A model generated the notes under the pieces. That model was not told the DNA's origin, did not search any database, and saw only the letters and a program-made list of their open reading frames with translations. Shown piece after piece: positions 33,051 through 46,605 of a stretch of DNA of 64,000 nt. The position numbers were made by a program, and so were the translations under genes. Origin of the DNA: Paramoeba atlantica (lineage: Eukaryota; Protista; Discosea); contig CDRNVI010000083.1 in assembly GCA_977017575.1 (NCBI GenBank), positions 1 through 64,000 of the forward strand. Direction: 5' to 3'. Within the stretch, counting starts at the first letter, position 1; each line of letters starts with the position of its first letter.

Positions 33051-33205
33051 TAAATTGCTTTCTTGTATACAGCTACCGCAAAAAAAAAAAACAAAAAGTG
33101 CATGAATACAAGTGTGCAGGATGGCACAAGATTGAACCGAAAACTTCACTATTTACATGAAGAGCACCAAAAAGACCACGCTGTCCTTTAAAAGTCTTCT
33201 CACAT

Positions 33206-34141
33206 TTAAGGCAAGTACGTTACTTGTGTCTCACGTATGTCAAAATTTATGTCTGTAAGGCGACGAAGAGATAAAGGCAACGATGAGATACGAAATTCCC
33301 CCTTAAGATCCTCATTGTATGCCAGGTGCAAAACAACCATGGCTTCGGGCAATGAATTTAGCCCCTTTATACTCACAAAGCGATTATTGTCCAAATAGAG
33401 AGAAACCAAGGATGAGGGGAGATGACCTAGATCAATAGTCCCCGTAAACTTGTTGATAGATAAGTTCAGCTCTATGAGGTTCGTTGCTAACAAAGAAAAA
33501 TCGAGAGGCCCGAACAAATGGTTTTGAGATAGCGAAAGGTTTTCAAGACTTGAAGGGAAAAGAGATAGGTCCAGAGTCCCACATAAATTGTTTATAAACA
33601 AATACGCTTGAACCATGAGATCCGGCATGTGCTCTACTTCAAAAGCACCATTGAGTTCATTTTCACCACAACACAGAATCCCAAGTTTTCTAGGGAGAAC
33701 GTTAAGCGGTAAGTTACCCGTCAAAGCATTTCGAAACAAGTTCAGAAAAAGCACGGATTCGGGTAAATACTTCCAACTTGGAGTCCCGCAAAGCTCAAGT
33801 CGCTGCCATACGATGTCTGTGACGTCCTGTGGTCGAGTTGGATCACAGCAACGTATTCCAGACCATTTGCAAGCAGGCGTCGATGCATTCCAAGTTGGAT
33901 CTGTATTCGTCAAGCCCTCTATAAATCGAAAAAGTTCTATTTCCGGAGGAAAAGATGCTCGAGAAACTTTTCCGCGACGACTACTACTGAAACTTTGAGC
34001 AGATGTACTCCTTACATCCTGTTGATGCTTTCCCACAGTTTGATTGTCTGACATACGGGTTATAGGATGCTCAAAACAGTGTAAAAACTTTAAAAAAAGC
34101 CTGTGGGGGAATAAAATAATTTTCGTGTGAAACACTTCCAC
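33206..34141 (-). CDS. Leucine-rich repeat protein (paralog 2)
   Basis: WNASTPACKWSGIRC cap plus LRRs. The start may be ATG 34054. Confidence 0.85.
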   Translation of the reverse strand: MEVFHTKIILFPHRLFLKFLHCFEHPITRMSDNQTVGKHQQDVRSTSAQSFSSSRRGKVSRASFPPEIELFRFIEGLTNTDPTWNASTPACKWSGIRCCDPTRPQDVTDIVWQRLELCGTPSWKYLPESVLFLNLFRNALTGNLPLNVLPRKLGILCCGENELNGAFEVEHMPDLMVQAYLFINNLCGTLDLSLFPSSLENLSLSQNHLFGPLDFSLLATNLIELNLSINKFTGTIDLGHLPSSLVSLYLDNNRFVSIKGLNSLPEAMVVLHLAYNEDLKGEFRISSLPLSLRRLTDINFDIRETQVTYLP

Positions 34142-34337
34142 AAATAAAGATGCACAATTTAAATTCGTACACCCCCTTTAAGCGACGAAGATTGAGCATA
34201 GTAAGTACACTCGTAGTAAACTTTAAGTAGTGATTAGTTAGTAAAGTTAATAGACAACATTCGCTCCTCTTACTCTCTTTTCATTCCATTTATTTTTGAA
34301 ACTAACCCGTATACACCGTATAACACTTTTCTTACAC

Positions 34338-37300
34338 TCATAATCCCTTGTTCTCTAACGAGGCCGCGCTGGCCAGCGGGGACAGCACCTTACGCGCGTG
34401 GGGATGATTCAGCAAGAATATGCCCAACGTGTCGAGCAACAGCCGCGCCACCGCCGGGGATACGATATTCGACAACCCCGAGGAGCTCTCCGGCTGATTC
34501 TCCGCAAGGTTCGCCAAGTGCTCTGCGAGACTCATCAACAGCGGTTCGTGGCACCAGTTCGTGCGCTGACACAGCGTACACAAATCCTCCACATTCCGCA
34601 CCGTCAACGTCGCGGTGTTCGCCGGGGACGAACTAATATGATCCGCCAACGCCGTCCACACCTCTATCCTTGCATACTCAATCTCCCCCAGACTCACCAA
34701 CACATTCGCCGTCGTCTTCCCATCAATCTCCTCCATCTCCTCCGTAATCCTCCCCATCACCGCCGCCACCATCTCCCCGTGCGTCAGATTCATCCTCGCG
34801 AACGCGTGCAACAGCAGTGCCAGCTGCGGCAGACTGAACTCCTGAACCAGCTCCACCACCCTCTCCGCCATGGCCCGGAAGAACCCCTCATGGTGCACCC
34901 GCAGCTTGGCCATCGCGGTCAGCGCCACCAACACGTCCACGTGCCCCAGCCGCCCCCTCTCCCCCACACACGCCGAGGCGAGTTCCCGGACCCGGGGCTC
35001 ATCCAGGTGCCGGGCCTCCCCGAAGGCCTGGATCGCGAGCACCGCGTCGGTGGGGCTCAACGAGGCCCGGGTCGCGCGCAGCCTCAGCCGGTCCGCGAGG
35101 ACGGCGAAGAGCCCCTTGTGGGGGACCCGGAGCCGCCCAAAGGCGTGCAGGACGCGCACGATGTCGTGCCCGCGGACGAAGCCCTCGGGGTGTTCCAGGA
35201 TGCGGTCCGCGAGGGCGGCCAGGGTGGATTCGTACCTTAGGGGGTGGAGCCGGGAGAGGGCGGCGCAGATCGCGGAGAGGGGGGCGGGGGGGAGGACGGG
35301 GAGAAGGGCCTCGACACGACGCAGCACGGCCTCGACGGCGGTTTGGATGACCTGGGTGGACTCCGCGGGGGAGGGGAGGTGGAGGAGGGTGGCGATGCCT
35401 TTGCTGAGCCGGGCCAGGGCGTCGAGGAGGAGGACGGACTCGTCGGCTTGGAGGGAGTCCGCGATGTCGGTGAGCCACTCCAGGAGGTCGAGGATGGCGC
35501 CTTGGAGGTTGTGGAGGGCCTGGGAGGCGAGGTGGGGGGCGAGGGTGCCGTCGGGGTGGTAGGGTTGCTCGGGGGTGAGGGGGGTGGAGACGGGCTGGGG
35601 TTGTTTTTCGTCCTCGTGGGGGTCGTTTTCCGAGGGGGTTGGGTCGTTGGATTGTTCACGTACTTTTCGCGTAAATGCGGCCAGTAGCGAGGCATTACTC
35701 GCGAGCAAACAGAGGGTGTAGGTAATTTGACGAGGTGCAATCGGGACACCAGCTTGGAGCCACTCTCCTACACGGGTAATCACTGTGACCAGAAGAGAGA
35801 CATCCCGCAGCGAGGCACAGTGCGCGACAAAGAGCAAACTCTCAAGGTTATGCAGGGAGAGCGCGGTGAGGGCGGGGGCTGCGTAGTACGGTGGACCGCC
35901 GCCCACATTCGTTCTGTTCTCGGAAGGAACGGACAGTCGCAGTGCCACCCGTAACGCTGGCAGTGCGGTCTGTAGCAAACCATGACACTCCTGACGCAAC
36001 TCTGTGAGACACTTTAACACGTCAATGAGCTCCGAGGGAATAAGTGTGTACCGTCGTACCGGAATGGTGTCTTTGGAAGTGAAACCTCTCCTGAAATAGT
36101 CTCCGTAGTGCGTCGGGCACCGCCGTTTCACACTTTTCACAGCAGCGTGAAGGAGCGACTCCTTGTCACTCATCCGTGCACTCGTCATCACACGTAAAAA
36201 GACGACAAACTCCCCTGCGGTGAGTTCCTCCAGGTGGGGCTCGATTACCGAAGCAAACACATCAAGCCAGTCCTCCAGGAACGCCGAGAACAGCGTGGTG
36301 GCACGAGACCCGGGCTGGAGTAACCCCAGTGCGGTGCCCGCAAGAAAGGCGAATTGTCCAGTCTTAGGCACATCCTCTTGCGCAGTTTTACCCAGCGCCA
36401 CGGAGGTGAGAGAGCGAAACATGGACTGTGTCGGAGATCGCTCTTCCATGAGCTGCCCCTCCCGGGATGCCGTCTCCCCGGAATCCTTTGACCCGGTTGG
36501 GCTTGCCATTCCCTCTGACCCCGCCGTGCGGCCCAGCACCTCTGTTTCTTTTCTCCTCGGCTGGGGACACTCCCCGGAGGGGCTGAGGGCGGGGGCGTGT
36601 TGCTCCAGCGCTGTGTGGGTGAGTGCCGCGGCGAGGTGGAGTAACACAGGAGGGGGGACTTCGTAAACCGCCTGACGCAGCAGCGCGGCGACCTCCAGGA
36701 GTACCGGTGGAGGGTGGGAGAGGTGGCAGAGTTGCCGTACCAGAAAATCCGGGGAGACGATGGCGGAGAGGGAAGAAGAAGACTCGGGAGGGGGGGATGG
36801 AAACACGTTGGTAAAGGGCTTGGAGGGTTGAATGGAGGAAGGGTTGCTGAGGGGTTTGTAGAAGGGTCCGAGAGCTCGGAGGAAGAGTGCCCAAGAGAGG
36901 AGCGAGGGCGCGGTTGTGGGGGCACCGTGGGCGGGTTGGGTAGCCCCTGTGGGTTGAGCGTACAGGATGGAGTGTGCCAGATAGGGGTTGAGCTGAACAA
37001 GCTGGGAGAGCTCAAAGTGGAGGTGGGAAAGGGTGTGGGAGGAGTCTCCGGTGAGTTGGGTGCCGCGATCAAGTAACGCAGAAAGACTCCGCGCCGTGGC
37101 CTCGGCTAAGTGACTCATCTCCACGGGGCCCAGTGAGGTGTGTAATGAAACTGATAGAGCGTCGTCCGAGGATGCTCTAGTGGGAAGCGCCTCCCATGGG
37201 TTATATGAGTTTAGCAGCACACACAGCATCACCCACTCACGAGAGGTCAAGGTCTCTATCGCGAAGTGCGTGTCTTTGGGAGGAAATTCCACGAGTACCT

Positions 37301-40300
37301 TCGCGAGGGAAGGTAGAACCGCCCCAAGGAGTCTCGCGCGTAGATCAGAGGGAAGAAGAGATTGCGCTCGAGAATAGAGGCTGTAGTTCCATCCAATCCA
37401 AGTGGTACTGGGAATGTCCTCAGGGAGCGCTATGGAGTGCAGAGATGCGGAGGTGTCGACGTGAGTTACAGCGTGCAGCGTAGTCAGTACCCATCGCAAA
37501 GCAGGAACAAACTTGCTGTGAGCGTTTTCCAAGGACGATGCCTCCAACCTTCTTGCCGCGACCAGCCCCTCCAGACTCTCCCCGAGGTTCACCACCAATG
37601 CTTCGAGAAGACTCTTATCCGTACGCACGTAGAAGTGTGTTACGCATTCCACCACTTTTAAAATCCGAAGTTGAGACTCGGAGAGTGCAATACCCGCAGA
37701 ATTCGTGTCGTTATCTTCTATCCCTTCACTGATTTGATCCGTAAAGGGTTCTGCAAGTGCAGTAGGATCAGACAGTGCGGCGCGACACAACACATAAAGC
37801 GTCGCTCGTGGAGGGTTGGCATACGCTATCGTCGCTAACTCCGCTTCCGTCTCCGGAATTAATTCTGCGTTCGGTTGATGCGGCTTTTCACGTGAGGAGG
37901 GAGCATCAGACGAGGACGTGGACCCGCCAGACGAGGAAGCAGACACCTTTCCCCCTTCTCCCAACCGAGCCGCGCACAAACGCTCATGAAGAACCCCAAG
38001 TGCGGTGTCCAACACGGTGGGACGACGTACGACTTCCAGCGCAGCCAATGCAATCACATCCAGACGTTCTCGAGGCAGACTTAAGCGATTGTGAAACACC
38101 GCACAAAAATGGAGTAGGAGACCCAGCGCCGAGGAAGGTCCAAGGCTTTGCCCTAGTGCCAGCAGTCGTTGACAAAACACGTCTTCCACCCCAGGATAGA
38201 GCGAAGGGGAACACAACACGAGGTTACACTCTTGAGTGGTTTGCGTTTGTAAAAGGGAAGAAAAGGACACAAGCGAACTCTGTGGGGTTTTCTCAGCAAT
38301 ATTCTCTGTGAGTTCAGGGGAGAGACAGGCGGGGAGCAACGCTTGAGTGCTGCATCCAGCAAAGTCCTCGTCCGTGATACCGAGCTGGTAGAGCTGACGA
38401 AGCACGCTCTCTACCTGCGGTAGTGTGATGGTCGAGACTCCACGGAGGACACGGGGGAGGATAAAGCGCAGAAAACGCGAACGGTCTCTAAAAAGAACAC
38501 AGCACTCTCCAAGTTCCACCAAATGTCCAAGTTGATGCAGGACGGGCTCCGAAGAGGGGCTCTCCGAAACAACCTCAGGGGGACTAGTGAGAAGCACATC
38601 ACCAAAATTTTTCCTTAGAAAAATGCAAAACACCCCTTGGAAGAGAGACTGAAATCCCTCATCTGTCTCACTTAACGCACGGTGAATTTTTTGAAGTCGA
38701 GTGATCAGAGAGAAGACGTCCTCCGCGTTCGATTTTAGAACCATTGGTATCGTAAGTTGTGGTTGAAGCTGGGCCCACTGTTTCTCTAGGAGCTCATTAG
38801 TAGCATCTGCGTCATCGGTGGAGAAAGATTCCAGAACCTGATTCAGCGTCAAAGAATGCTCGTCGGACGGTTCAGAGCTCACAACAAGATGTTCCTGTAA
38901 ATCTTTTAGGAATACATGTTTGCTTCCAAGAAATAACGACTGTATTTCAGGAAGCACGTTGCTTAAGTCTCCTAGAATAATTTTAAAGTCGGCATTAGTG
39001 TCTGTCATTGCCCACCAGCATTTAGCACAGCTTGATGCCGCGAGACAGCTGCTAATATGTTCTGCCAATTCACCCATTGGACGACTGAGTTCGTCGAAAG
39101 TCTCGGCGGAATTCTTTTTCACCCATACTCCCGCCTTTCCAAGAGATACGAGAATCTGGGTCGAAAGCTTTATGAATTCTAAATTGGAACTTGACTTAGG
39201 CAAAGAGTTTGCGTAACCTAAATAACGCTTTAGATGAGCGCACGTTTGTTTCAGAACAATCGATGCCGATTCAGGTTTCACGTTTAATGCCTGTAAGAAG
39301 GGTTGAAATTGTATCAGGTTGGTCATACTTCGAATACATTGTAGCAAAGAAGGGTGGACATGAAAGAGCTCTGCACTCTTCTTAGAAGGGTGAAGTGAAA
39401 CCCCAAGTGAATTGAGGGCATTACGTGACTCGCCGAACCACGTGGACGGTTGAGGGCATTCAGAATTGGCGATGGGCGACAGAGATACCGTTAGAGATAA
39501 CAGAAACCGGCACAAAGTTTGAGTAAAAGGTTTAAAACTTTCGGAGAAGATGTTTTGAGAAGGGGTTAATTCCGATTCCGATTGATTGACCGCTTTAAAA
39601 AGTTTGCTACCGGAGAGTTCTTCAAGTGTTTGTGTCACATGCCAAAAAACAATAGGAAGGGTATTGCTGGATGGAAAATCGCTAGACTTCACGATACGCT
39701 TGGCAAAGCGGGTTGCCAGAGAACCAATATTGCCCATTGCTCTTGTAACAGCTTCGGACAACGACGAAGCGGAAACCCCAAGCAATGAAGCGAGAGTCTC
39801 TGGAACTACTATCTCCGAAGTACGGGACAGTCCTAAAGTCAACGACGGAAGATGAGACCAAACTATTTCAAGAATACTGGCATCCACCTCCGTGACGTCC
39901 AAATTGGATGCGTATTGTAAAAAAATGGCACTGACGAGCGTGTGACTGGTAAGCGTTGGCTCTTCCGTTTGACCAGATTTGACCAGACCTCTCTCCTGTA
40001 ACTGCGTTCGCATGAGGACCAAGTTCTCCACGCGCACACACTTTGGAAGCAGCGGGATAGACGTTTTCCCTAGTTCTGGGAACTGCGCATAGAGTGACAG
40101 TAGTTGGGCGGAAATGATAGCACGAAAATATGCAAACGAGCGTGCAGCGGTATTCGAAGGAGTCTTCTCAAACAGAAATGGGATCATATGTCGTTCCACT
40201 AGAGCAGAGTGGAGCAAATCTATTTGCGTGAACTGCGGAACCTTTGCCAGTGCAACTGAGTTAGCTTCGTTAACGAAATCCGGTAGGCTACACGGATCTC

Positions 40301-41492
40301 GAGCGTCATTTATTTTCATACTGTAGGCCAAATTATTATGCTGTAGGCGACGTAGCGTACGGATTGTATGTATGAAAACACTAGCTTCCTGGATATGTGC
40401 TGCAGTGATGTGTTTGAGAGGGACCCAGGAAGAGGCCGGAGTGACGGAGCACTCTGCGAATCGTTCCACAACACGAAGCGATTTTAGCAAATGGTAGGCC
40501 TTCGTGGTGAGTAGCCGCGACAAGGCACGGAAGCCCTCACCATTCGTTTGTAATACGGATCGAGAGGCGGAGAGTATTCTCGGTTCCTGATCGATCGTAG
40601 GATCACTTGTGGTAGGTAAAACTGCGTGCATGAAGTGGTCCGTGTCATTCAATATTTCTATTAGGGTACAAAGGTTTTCATGTCCGAGAAGGGTTGCAGG
40701 ATCCAATTGGTGAATCAGTGAAAGTAGGGAAGCGGTGGTAGCAGAAATTTCTTTTCGACTTGCTTGTAAAGTAACATTTGAGACGCAAGATAGAAGGTAG
40801 TGTGCGAGTTTTCGCAGTGGAAGAAGTACTGTGCGTGCGGACGAATCATCGCTATTACCCGACTCTTTTAACGCTTCTGAGTCAGAATGAGGTGACTGCA
40901 GAACGCGGAGTGCCACTAAAGGTTCCGATGCTGTCATATCACTAGAAAACGATTTATCTTCTTTAAGGAAATTCAATTCGTTCATCTTTGAACCCAAATT
41001 TGACGTCTCGCATATTTCATTTTGAAGCCCGTGAGTGAGATGCTGTAAGATGGTTCGGATCATTGCCATAGAAGTTTCGCAATCTACACATTCTCCTTTC
41101 CGAGACGCTTCGCCCTGCGCTGAATCCTCGCCGGAGTTTTCAGCATCCCCTACTGGATGAGAACTCACGGTGTTAGGCTTCGAAACGAAAGCTTCTTCAT
41201 GAGAGGAACAGTGACGTGAAGAAGACAAGAATGTTTGCCTTGAATTAAGCCCAGAAGCAAGAAAAAGAGGGATCGTTGTCACTCGCAAACCCCCGAAAGA
41301 ATGCATCATTCTTCCAATGCGTGGCCGAGAAAGTTTTAAACAGCTTCGCACCCTAGAAATAATGTGCTTTTCCCCTGTGAGCGAAACGCTCTCATGTACG
41401 GCAGAAGACAAAAGGGCGTTCCTGGGTTGAGAGGTTACAGCATAACCGGACCGTTCATGTAGTAGTCTCCACTTCACGTTGCTGCGGTTCAT
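34338..41492 (-). CDS. Large helical-repeat (FAST/OPR/HPR-like) protein, probably mitochondrial RNA-binding
   Basis: 2,384-aa ORF with C-terminal ~37-aa repeats ([24 protein letters not shown]) and a presequence-like N-terminus. Confidence 0.65.
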   Translation of the reverse strand: MNRSNVKWRLLHERSGYAVTSQPRNALLSSAVHESVSLTGEKHIISRVRSCLKLSRPRIGRMMHSFGGLRVTTIPLFLASGLNSRQTFLSSSRHCSSHEEAFVSKPNTVSSHPVGDAENSGEDSAQGEASRKGECVDCETSMAMIRTILQHLTHGLQNEICETSNLGSKMNELNFLKEDKSFSSDMTASEPLVALRVLQSPHSDSEALKESGNSDDSSARTVLLPLRKLAHYLLSCVSNVTLQASRKEISATTASLLSLIHQLDPATLLGHENLCTLIEILNDTDHFMHAVLPTTSDPTIDQEPRILSASRSVLQTNGEGFRALSRLLTTKAYHLLKSLRVVERFAECSVTPASSWVPLKHITAAHIQEASVFIHTIRTLRRLQHNNLAYSMKINDARDPCSLPDFVNEANSVALAKVPQFTQIDLLHSALVERHMIPFLFEKTPSNTAARSFAYFRAIISAQLLSLYAQFPELGKTSIPLLPKCVRVENLVLMRTQLQERGLVKSGQTEEPTLTSHTLVSAIFLQYASNLDVTEVDASILEIVWSHLPSLTLGLSRTSEIVVPETLASLLGVSASSLSEAVTRAMGNIGSLATRFAKRIVKSSDFPSSNTLPIVFWHVTQTLEELSGSKLFKAVNQSESELTPSQNIFSESFKPFTQTLCRFLLSLTVSLSPIANSECPQPSTWFGESRNALNSLGVSLHPSKKSAELFHVHPSLLQCIRSMTNLIQFQPFLQALNVKPESASIVLKQTCAHLKRYLGYANSLPKSSSNLEFIKLSTQILVSLGKAGVWVKKNSAETFDELSRPMGELAEHISSCLAASSCAKCWWAMTDTNADFKIILGDLSNVLPEIQSLFLGSKHVFLKDLQEHLVVSSEPSDEHSLTLNQVLESFSTDDADATNELLEKQWAQLQPQLTIPMVLKSNAEDVFSLITRLQKIHRALSETDEGFQSLFQGVFCIFLRKNFGDVLLTSPPEVVSESPSSEPVLHQLGHLVELGECCVLFRDRSRFLRFILPRVLRGVSTITLPQVESVLRQLYQLGITDEDFAGCSTQALLPACLSPELTENIAEKTPQSSLVSFSSLLQTQTTQECNLVLCSPSLYPGVEDVFCQRLLALGQSLGPSSALGLLLHFCAVFHNRLSLPRERLDVIALAALEVVRRPTVLDTALGVLHERLCAARLGEGGKVSASSSGGSTSSSDAPSSREKPHQPNAELIPETEAELATIAYANPPRATLYVLCRAALSDPTALAEPFTDQISEGIEDNDTNSAGIALSESQLRILKVVECVTHFYVRTDKSLLEALVVNLGESLEGLVAARRLEASSLENAHSKFVPALRWVLTTLHAVTHVDTSASLHSIALPEDIPSTTWIGWNYSLYSRAQSLLPSDLRARLLGAVLPSLAKVLVEFPPKDTHFAIETLTSREWVMLCVLLNSYNPWEALPTRASSDDALSVSLHTSLGPVEMSHLAEATARSLSALLDRGTQLTGDSSHTLSHLHFELSQLVQLNPYLAHSILYAQPTGATQPAHGAPTTAPSLLSWALFLRALGPFYKPLSNPSSIQPSKPFTNVFPSPPPESSSSLSAIVSPDFLVRQLCHLSHPPPVLLEVAALLRQAVYEVPPPVLLHLAAALTHTALEQHAPALSPSGECPQPRRKETEVLGRTAGSEGMASPTGSKDSGETASREGQLMEERSPTQSMFRSLTSVALGKTAQEDVPKTGQFAFLAGTALGLLQPGSRATTLFSAFLEDWLDVFASVIEPHLEELTAGEFVVFLRVMTSARMSDKESLLHAAVKSVKRRCPTHYGDYFRRGFTSKDTIPVRRYTLIPSELIDVLKCLTELRQECHGLLQTALPALRVALRLSVPSENRTNVGGGPPYYAAPALTALSLHNLESLLFVAHCASLRDVSLLVTVITRVGEWLQAGVPIAPRQITYTLCLLASNASLLAAFTRKVREQSNDPTPSENDPHEDEKQPQPVSTPLTPEQPYHPDGTLAPHLASQALHNLQGAILDLLEWLTDIADSLQADESVLLLDALARLSKGIATLLHLPSPAESTQVIQTAVEAVLRRVEALLPVLPPAPLSAICAALSRLHPLRYESTLAALADRILEHPEGFVRGHDIVRVLHAFGRLRVPHKGLFAVLADRLRLRATRASLSPTDAVLAIQAFGEARHLDEPRVRELASACVGERGRLGHVDVLVALTAMAKLRVHHEGFFRAMAERVVELVQEFSLPQLALLLHAFARMNLTHGEMVAAVMGRITEEMEEIDGKTTANVLVSLGEIEYARIEVWTALADHISSSPANTATLTVRNVEDLCTLCQRTNWCHEPLLMSLAEHLANLAENQPESSSGLSNIVSPAVARLLLDTLGIFLLNHPHARKVLSPLASAASLENKGL

Positions 41493-41663
41493 CAGAATAA
41501 ACTATCAACAAAAAATTATCAATCGAAAAGAGAAAACAAAAGAGTGAAGTGAACATTGAGCCAAGGATTACAGCATACTATTTTTTTGTAACTCTTTTTT
41601 ATTTCGAACGAGTCAAAGTAGCCAGAAAACACCAAACAAGGAACCTTCGACCCTGCCAAAACG

Positions 41664-44087
41664 TTAGCGCAAAAACCTCCTCTCACGAGACGCCTTCAGG
41701 TTTAAATTCTCCAGGGTTAGCGCACTAGGAGCATTTGCATCCACAAGTTTTGGACAGTCCTCGGAATCATCCGACTCCTCCTCCGAAAGGCTCTCCTCCT
41801 TCCTTTCAACAGAAGAAAAATCTTCACAAGATCCCACAGAACCCGTACCCTCCGTACCCTCCCCACCCCCATCCCCTACCTCTACCCCCCTTCTCGGATC
41901 CACCCCCACCCCCTCCCTCCCCCCACCCCCTTTCTCCCCCCCACAACCCCCCACAGGCTGTCCCACCCTTTTCCCTATCCCCGTCCCCGTCCCCCTCCCC
42001 CTCCCCTCTCTCAGGTCTCCCCCTCCCCCCCCTCCTTGGGACACCTGGGTCTCCCAGTCCTCCGTACCCCCGTCCCCGTTTCCCCCTCCCCCCTCCTCTT
42101 CCCCCCACCACGGCTGGGCGCTGAGGTCCATCCGCCCCAGCAACGCGTACGCCCGCGCCCGTCGCAGGTCCAGGGCGTAGAGGTCCGAGAGGGTGAGCTC
42201 CCGGGTGGGGGTGAGCTCCCGGGACCCGCCGAGGAGGAAGAGGGTGGGGCGACGGGCGGGGCGCTCCCGTGGGAGGAGGGAGAGGGAGAGGGGGCAGAGG
42301 GCGGTGGACACAGCCACCATGGGGTTCATGCGGCCACAGGGGAGTACGGGGGGAGAGGACGCAGCAGCAGCAGCCGAGGAGAGCATAGAAGAAGAAGGAA
42401 AAGAAGAAGAAGAAGAAGAAAGACAAATATGGGACCACACTTCTGTGGAGGGGTTGAGGGGTGGGTGTGGGGGAGAAGGGGAAGGGTTGTGGGAGAGGGG
42501 GGGTGGGGTGTTGGAGGGGAGGGTGTGGGGGGTAGGGAGGTTGGTGAGCGGTGGGGAGGTTGGAGAAGGTGAGGTTTGGGGTTCTGTGGGAGAGGGTGTT
42601 GTGTGGGGGTCGCTTCGTTTCATGTTGCTATCGGCGGGAATGTGTAGTGCGTAAAATGTTTGGGAAGTGCAGTCGAAGACGTGTAAGTCGTTGTAGAAAT
42701 GGCCCACAGTTGCGTTGCTGTATGGATCTTCTTGGGTTTCTGCATTTACAGAGTTGTGCAAAGCATCATCCGTGGACATTTCTTTGTCACCGTCTCGGAC
42801 ACCGCCAAAAAAATATATTTTCCCCTCATGCTGCGCCACAGCCATGCCACTACGCGGGGAAGGAGGAGTCCCCTCACACTTTATCCTTTGCCATCGCCCA
42901 AGCGTAAGCGAGAACTGCCATAAATCACTGTGCATCACCGAACCCCCCTGGGGGGTTAGACTAAACCCACCATACAGCCACAGCGCATCCTGGTACAGCG
43001 CGAGACCATGACCACTGCGCGCGCAGGGTCTCTCGGAGAAGGTCCCAACATGAATCTCACGCCATTGTGGGCGTGCGGCGTTCGCCTCGAGCAGCACCCA
43101 GAGGTCATCCAGGTACTGCAGCGGGGTGTCCTGGGAGGAGTGTAAAGCATTGGCCTTCGCCCCGGGTTGTAGGCTTGAGGGGTCGTAGAAACCCCCAAAC
43201 AACACAACGGCATCCTGGGAAGGCCAGGAGACCATTCGGTGGCCACTGCGAGGGGACGGGGCATGTCGTGTGGAGGAGAGTGGGACAAGGGGAAGTGAAA
43301 TCGTGGAGGAGGAATCGCATTCCGTTGCTTTGTCACTTTTTTGACTTCCAGATTTGGAAACCTTCGATGCTATGGGCTCCCATTGCGTAAAACGAATGAA
43401 GTCTGTGGGGGTTTCCGCTTTGCCATGGGAAGCGGATACGGAAGGGGACGTTTCACAACTCAGGCGCCAGGTGTCGCCATAGTGAAAGAAACAGCTCTGG
43501 CTGGGGGAAGTGAACTCCCCACCGAATACAATCAAAAATGTGTCACAGACCACCGCCTGATGGGCACTTCGAGGCGGGGGAAATGCGCTCACCGCTCCTT
43601 GACCCGTTGTCGTCTCCTGAAGTACCTGAGACCAGGCCTGGGTGGAAATGGTATACACGTAAAGGTCGTCGTAGGTGGAGGTGCGCTTTCCATCCCAGTA
43701 CTCCCCACCAAAGAGCACGAGGTGATCGTTTTCGCGGCTGCGATAGGGTGTGAGAGTTGCGGAGACCCGAGCCGAGGGGAAAGCACAGGGAACGACACGT
43801 AACACGGAGGATGTGGAAGAGACGGCAGAGAGCTTGCCGACCGATTCCTGTGTGCGCGTCAGCATGCGTTGTACTTTTCGAGCGAACGCTTGCGCTTCCT
43901 GCGCCTCGTGTCGACGCTCGTCCAGCTCTTCGGAGGAGAGCTCGTTGTGATGTGACTCACTTGGATCAAAGACCGAACGTTTTATTTGATGCTTCGCTTC
44001 TTTGGAAGCGATGCGCGCGCGCCGCTGTTGTGCCTTTTCTAAGTTGTTTTTTTCGCGCCGCTTTTGTTTGTCGCGGCCTTTTCCCAT
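41664..44087 (-). CDS. KLHDC4: Kelch-domain protein, KLHDC4/Kel3-like
   Basis: MGKG..KK start, PSAR, LFGGEYWDG, PPRSAHQ, VFGGEFTSPSQ..F.HYGD, PSPRSGHRM. Confidence 0.85.
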   Translation of the reverse strand: MGKGRDKQKRREKNNLEKAQQRRARIASKEAKHQIKRSVFDPSESHHNELSSEELDERRHEAQEAQAFARKVQRMLTRTQESVGKLSAVSSTSSVLRVVPCAFPSARVSATLTPYRSRENDHLVLFGGEYWDGKRTSTYDDLYVYTISTQAWSQVLQETTTGQGAVSAFPPPRSAHQAVVCDTFLIVFGGEFTSPSQSCFFHYGDTWRLSCETSPSVSASHGKAETPTDFIRFTQWEPIASKVSKSGSQKSDKATECDSSSTISLPLVPLSSTRHAPSPRSGHRMVSWPSQDAVVLFGGFYDPSSLQPGAKANALHSSQDTPLQYLDDLWVLLEANAARPQWREIHVGTFSERPCARSGHGLALYQDALWLYGGFSLTPQGGSVMHSDLWQFSLTLGRWQRIKCEGTPPSPRSGMAVAQHEGKIYFFGGVRDGDKEMSTDDALHNSVNAETQEDPYSNATVGHFYNDLHVFDCTSQTFYALHIPADSNMKRSDPHTTPSPTEPQTSPSPTSPPLTNLPTPHTLPSNTPPPLSHNPSPSPPHPPLNPSTEVWSHICLSSSSSSFPSSSMLSSAAAAASSPPVLPCGRMNPMVAVSTALCPLSLSLLPRERPARRPTLFLLGGSRELTPTRELTLSDLYALDLRRARAYALLGRMDLSAQPWWGEEEGGGGNGDGGTEDWETQVSQGGGGGGDLREGRGRGTGTGIGKRVGQPVGGCGGEKGGGGREGVGVDPRRGVEVGDGGGEGTEGTGSVGSCEDFSSVERKEESLSEEESDDSEDCPKLVDANAPSALTLENLNLKASRERRFLR

Positions 44088-44303
44088 GGGTGATGTGCGG
44101 ATGTTAGAAAAGGAGAGATGAAGATTGATTTAGAAGCTGGCCGAAGAAATATCAAGACAGGAAATATTTAACGGATGACAAAACAATCTTTAACATTTCA
44201 AGACTTTATCAAACTTTTAGATAAATAAATATTTTTTTATTGTGGCGAACGCCGAAAGCTTGGGAAGTACGTTTCTTCAGGATGTTTCAAAATAATTTTC
44301 TTT

Positions 44304-45398
44304 TTAAAGATATTTTGAAAACTTGCGCCTTTGATATTCATTCAACACAGGCATCTGTGCCCGACCCTCCTTTGCTTGTCGCACGCGATGGAGCAATGCT
44401 GTTTCTTCAGCAGACCAATCGAAGTTGGATTTCTCTGCGCGCACTCGTTTGCGCGATTCAACCAAATAATCTAAAGATTTAAGACTGTCAAAAAAATCGC
44501 GAGACACGATGACGTTTCTCTCTTTTTGAACACTATTCCGAGTTGTTTGAGTATCCTTCGAGATTGTTGAGCACGCGGCATTAATAGTTAGATTTTCCGG
44601 ATGGTCCTCTTGAAGGCATGTAGAACTTTGAATGGTGAAGGACTTCAACTCCTTCTGTAACTCAGAAGGAGCTTCTTGCAACCTTAAATCAAATTGCTTC
44701 GTATCACATTTTGGGCATCGTCGAAAATATGCGAAACTAAAAAGAAGACAGCTATCACAACCGCAAAAATTGCAGCAATTTGTTTGACGTGGGTTGCTAT
44801 AAATAAATGTGCATAGTTCACATCGCAAGTGATCTGGAACACTTAATTTTTTTTCGCTAGATTCCTTTGTATCTTTATCTAACAATGTCCTGACCGTGTT
44901 TGATGGTTGTGACGCGTCTTCCAAACTTTTCTCAGATGCGATTGTCACAATTTCACCTGTTTTGAAATTGGATGCACTCTGGTACTTTATAACTGATAGC
45001 AAACGCGCCGCATCAGAAATTTTGAATATTTTGAAGTTGCTTTGTCTCTCTTGATTCTTACCAAAAAGATCCAAATCGGGTATGAGTAGTGCTGATAAAT
45101 CAACAGCGTTTTCGTTGGCTATCTTTGATGCATATTGCTCTGGCGTTAGTCGACGAAGTTCGTACGATACCACGCTGTAGGATGAAAGAACTGAACTATA
45201 ACTTAGGATTTGATCCTGTGTGTTGTACAGAACGACTTCCACATGAGTAGAGAGCTGAAGAGAACTGTGAATAAAGTTGCGGAGCGATTCAACGTTACAC
45301 AACGACCCTTCAAAAGGAAAAATATTTGGAACTGTATCATAGCCTGGTTCTCGTGAGCGAATGTGAATCAGACCTTGAGATGCGGGTGACACTTGCAT
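44304..45398 (-). CDS. RBBP6/Mpe1-like protein (DWNN-like N-terminus plus RING-like domain)
   Basis: Ubiquitin-like N-terminus and VPDHLRCELC..CC..CDSC..CPKC. Confidence 0.6.
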   Translation of the reverse strand: MQVSPASQGLIHIRSREPGYDTVPNIFPFEGSLCNVESLRNFIHSSLQLSTHVEVVLYNTQDQILSYSSVLSSYSVVSYELRRLTPEQYASKIANENAVDLSALLIPDLDLFGKNQERQSNFKIFKISDAARLLSVIKYQSASNFKTGEIVTIASEKSLEDASQPSNTVRTLLDKDTKESSEKKLSVPDHLRCELCTFIYSNPRQTNCCNFCGCDSCLLFSFAYFRRCPKCDTKQFDLRLQEAPSELQKELKSFTIQSSTCLQEDHPENLTINAACSTISKDTQTTRNSVQKERNVIVSRDFFDSLKSLDYLVESRKRVRAEKSNFDWSAEETALLHRVRQAKEGRAQMPVLNEYQRRKFSKYL

Positions 45399-45638
45399 TA
45401 AAACAATGCCTTAAAATTTGGCAGTGAAGTCCATAAACAGTTGGAATTACAAAGAATGCAAAAAGAACATCTATAATTCCAACAGATCTGTTGTACACGA
45501 TAAAATTTATCGTTTGTATTAAATGCGTCATTGAAAGCGCGACAATTCCATAACATTGTATGGTGTACAATAGTAACTAGCACGAGGGTAGTTATTGAAC
45601 AGACAACTTTAGTGCATGAAATGTAGGCGGTATGAATA

Positions 45639-45739
45639 AATCCAATCCAATCCGAATCATTCCGGATTGCTCCGGACGGTCACTGGTAAGCCAGACCATT
45701 CACAGATAGATTTGGAATAGTAATGGTATGAGGGTAATT
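45639..45739 (-). mobile_element. Short copy of the TTGGA-tailed retroposon
   Basis: ~80 bp match the 3' end of 4856-5242. Candidate 11-bp TSD CGGTATGAATA at 45628-45638 and 45740-45750. Confidence 0.6.
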
Positions 45740-46605
45740 CGGTATGAATAGTAATGTGCGTGTATTCGGACGTGTGGTAAGGACGTTTGAAAAGAAAGTT
45801 AAACATAAAAAAAAAGGATTTAGGCACAACCATTCAGAACTGCTAAAGAGAACCAGGGAGAACCGCTAAAAACCCCCTCCGGTATGGTACGAGCTCACAG
45901 GTATGCTAAACCGGACCCTCGTTTAGGTTAAAAAACAGTTTGTTTTTAGAATTCGGGCAAAAAATAGATAAATAGTTTTCCATTTTTAAAAATGTTGTAC
46001 AATTAAAAATTCACAAATTTTGTTTTCCTGTTTTTTGTTACACAAATAATTGTGTTGAGTGTAAATATCAAGCACGAAGAGCATCCCCCAAAATACGTTT
46101 TTTGCTTTGTAACACGTAAATCTACGAGCGTACAGCGTGTATGTACATCATTAAAATGGATAGTACACACATTCAAAAAGCTCGGTGTTTCTTCTTTTAA
46201 ATAAGTGAAGCCGTAATGTTTTTAAACGTTTTAACTATTTTGTAATTCATCCCTTATGACCCGAATACTTGGATATTTCCTCGCGCACGAAATTTGTATA
46301 TTGCACAGCATTTTGGACCGACTCATCGTATTCTGAGTCAGCCCCCGACGAGCCCAACCCTATCTTACAAAGAAAATGTATGGTAAATGAAATTAGTGTT
46401 GTAGTTTTGAGAGTGTTCTAAAAAGAGAAACAGAAATTGCGTACTTCAGTCAAGATTTGTCGCAGAGCTGTTTAAGATTTTTGATTTTATCACTAAACGC
46501 TCGGAGGCTTCTCCCAAAGATTGATTTCTTGCGTCATACATAGATTGTATACTCGTCCTATTTTTGAAAAAAATCAAGTCGAAACAGAAAATTGTAAAAA
46601 AAAGA

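Noticed and set aside
30439-35749. Antisense and alternate-frame ORFs of 150-400 aa over the WD40 and helical-repeat genes (likewise near 41.7-42.6k, 47.8-48.5k, 59.3-59.8k)
   Set aside because: Expected shadows of GC-rich islands lacking stop codons; low-complexity translations.
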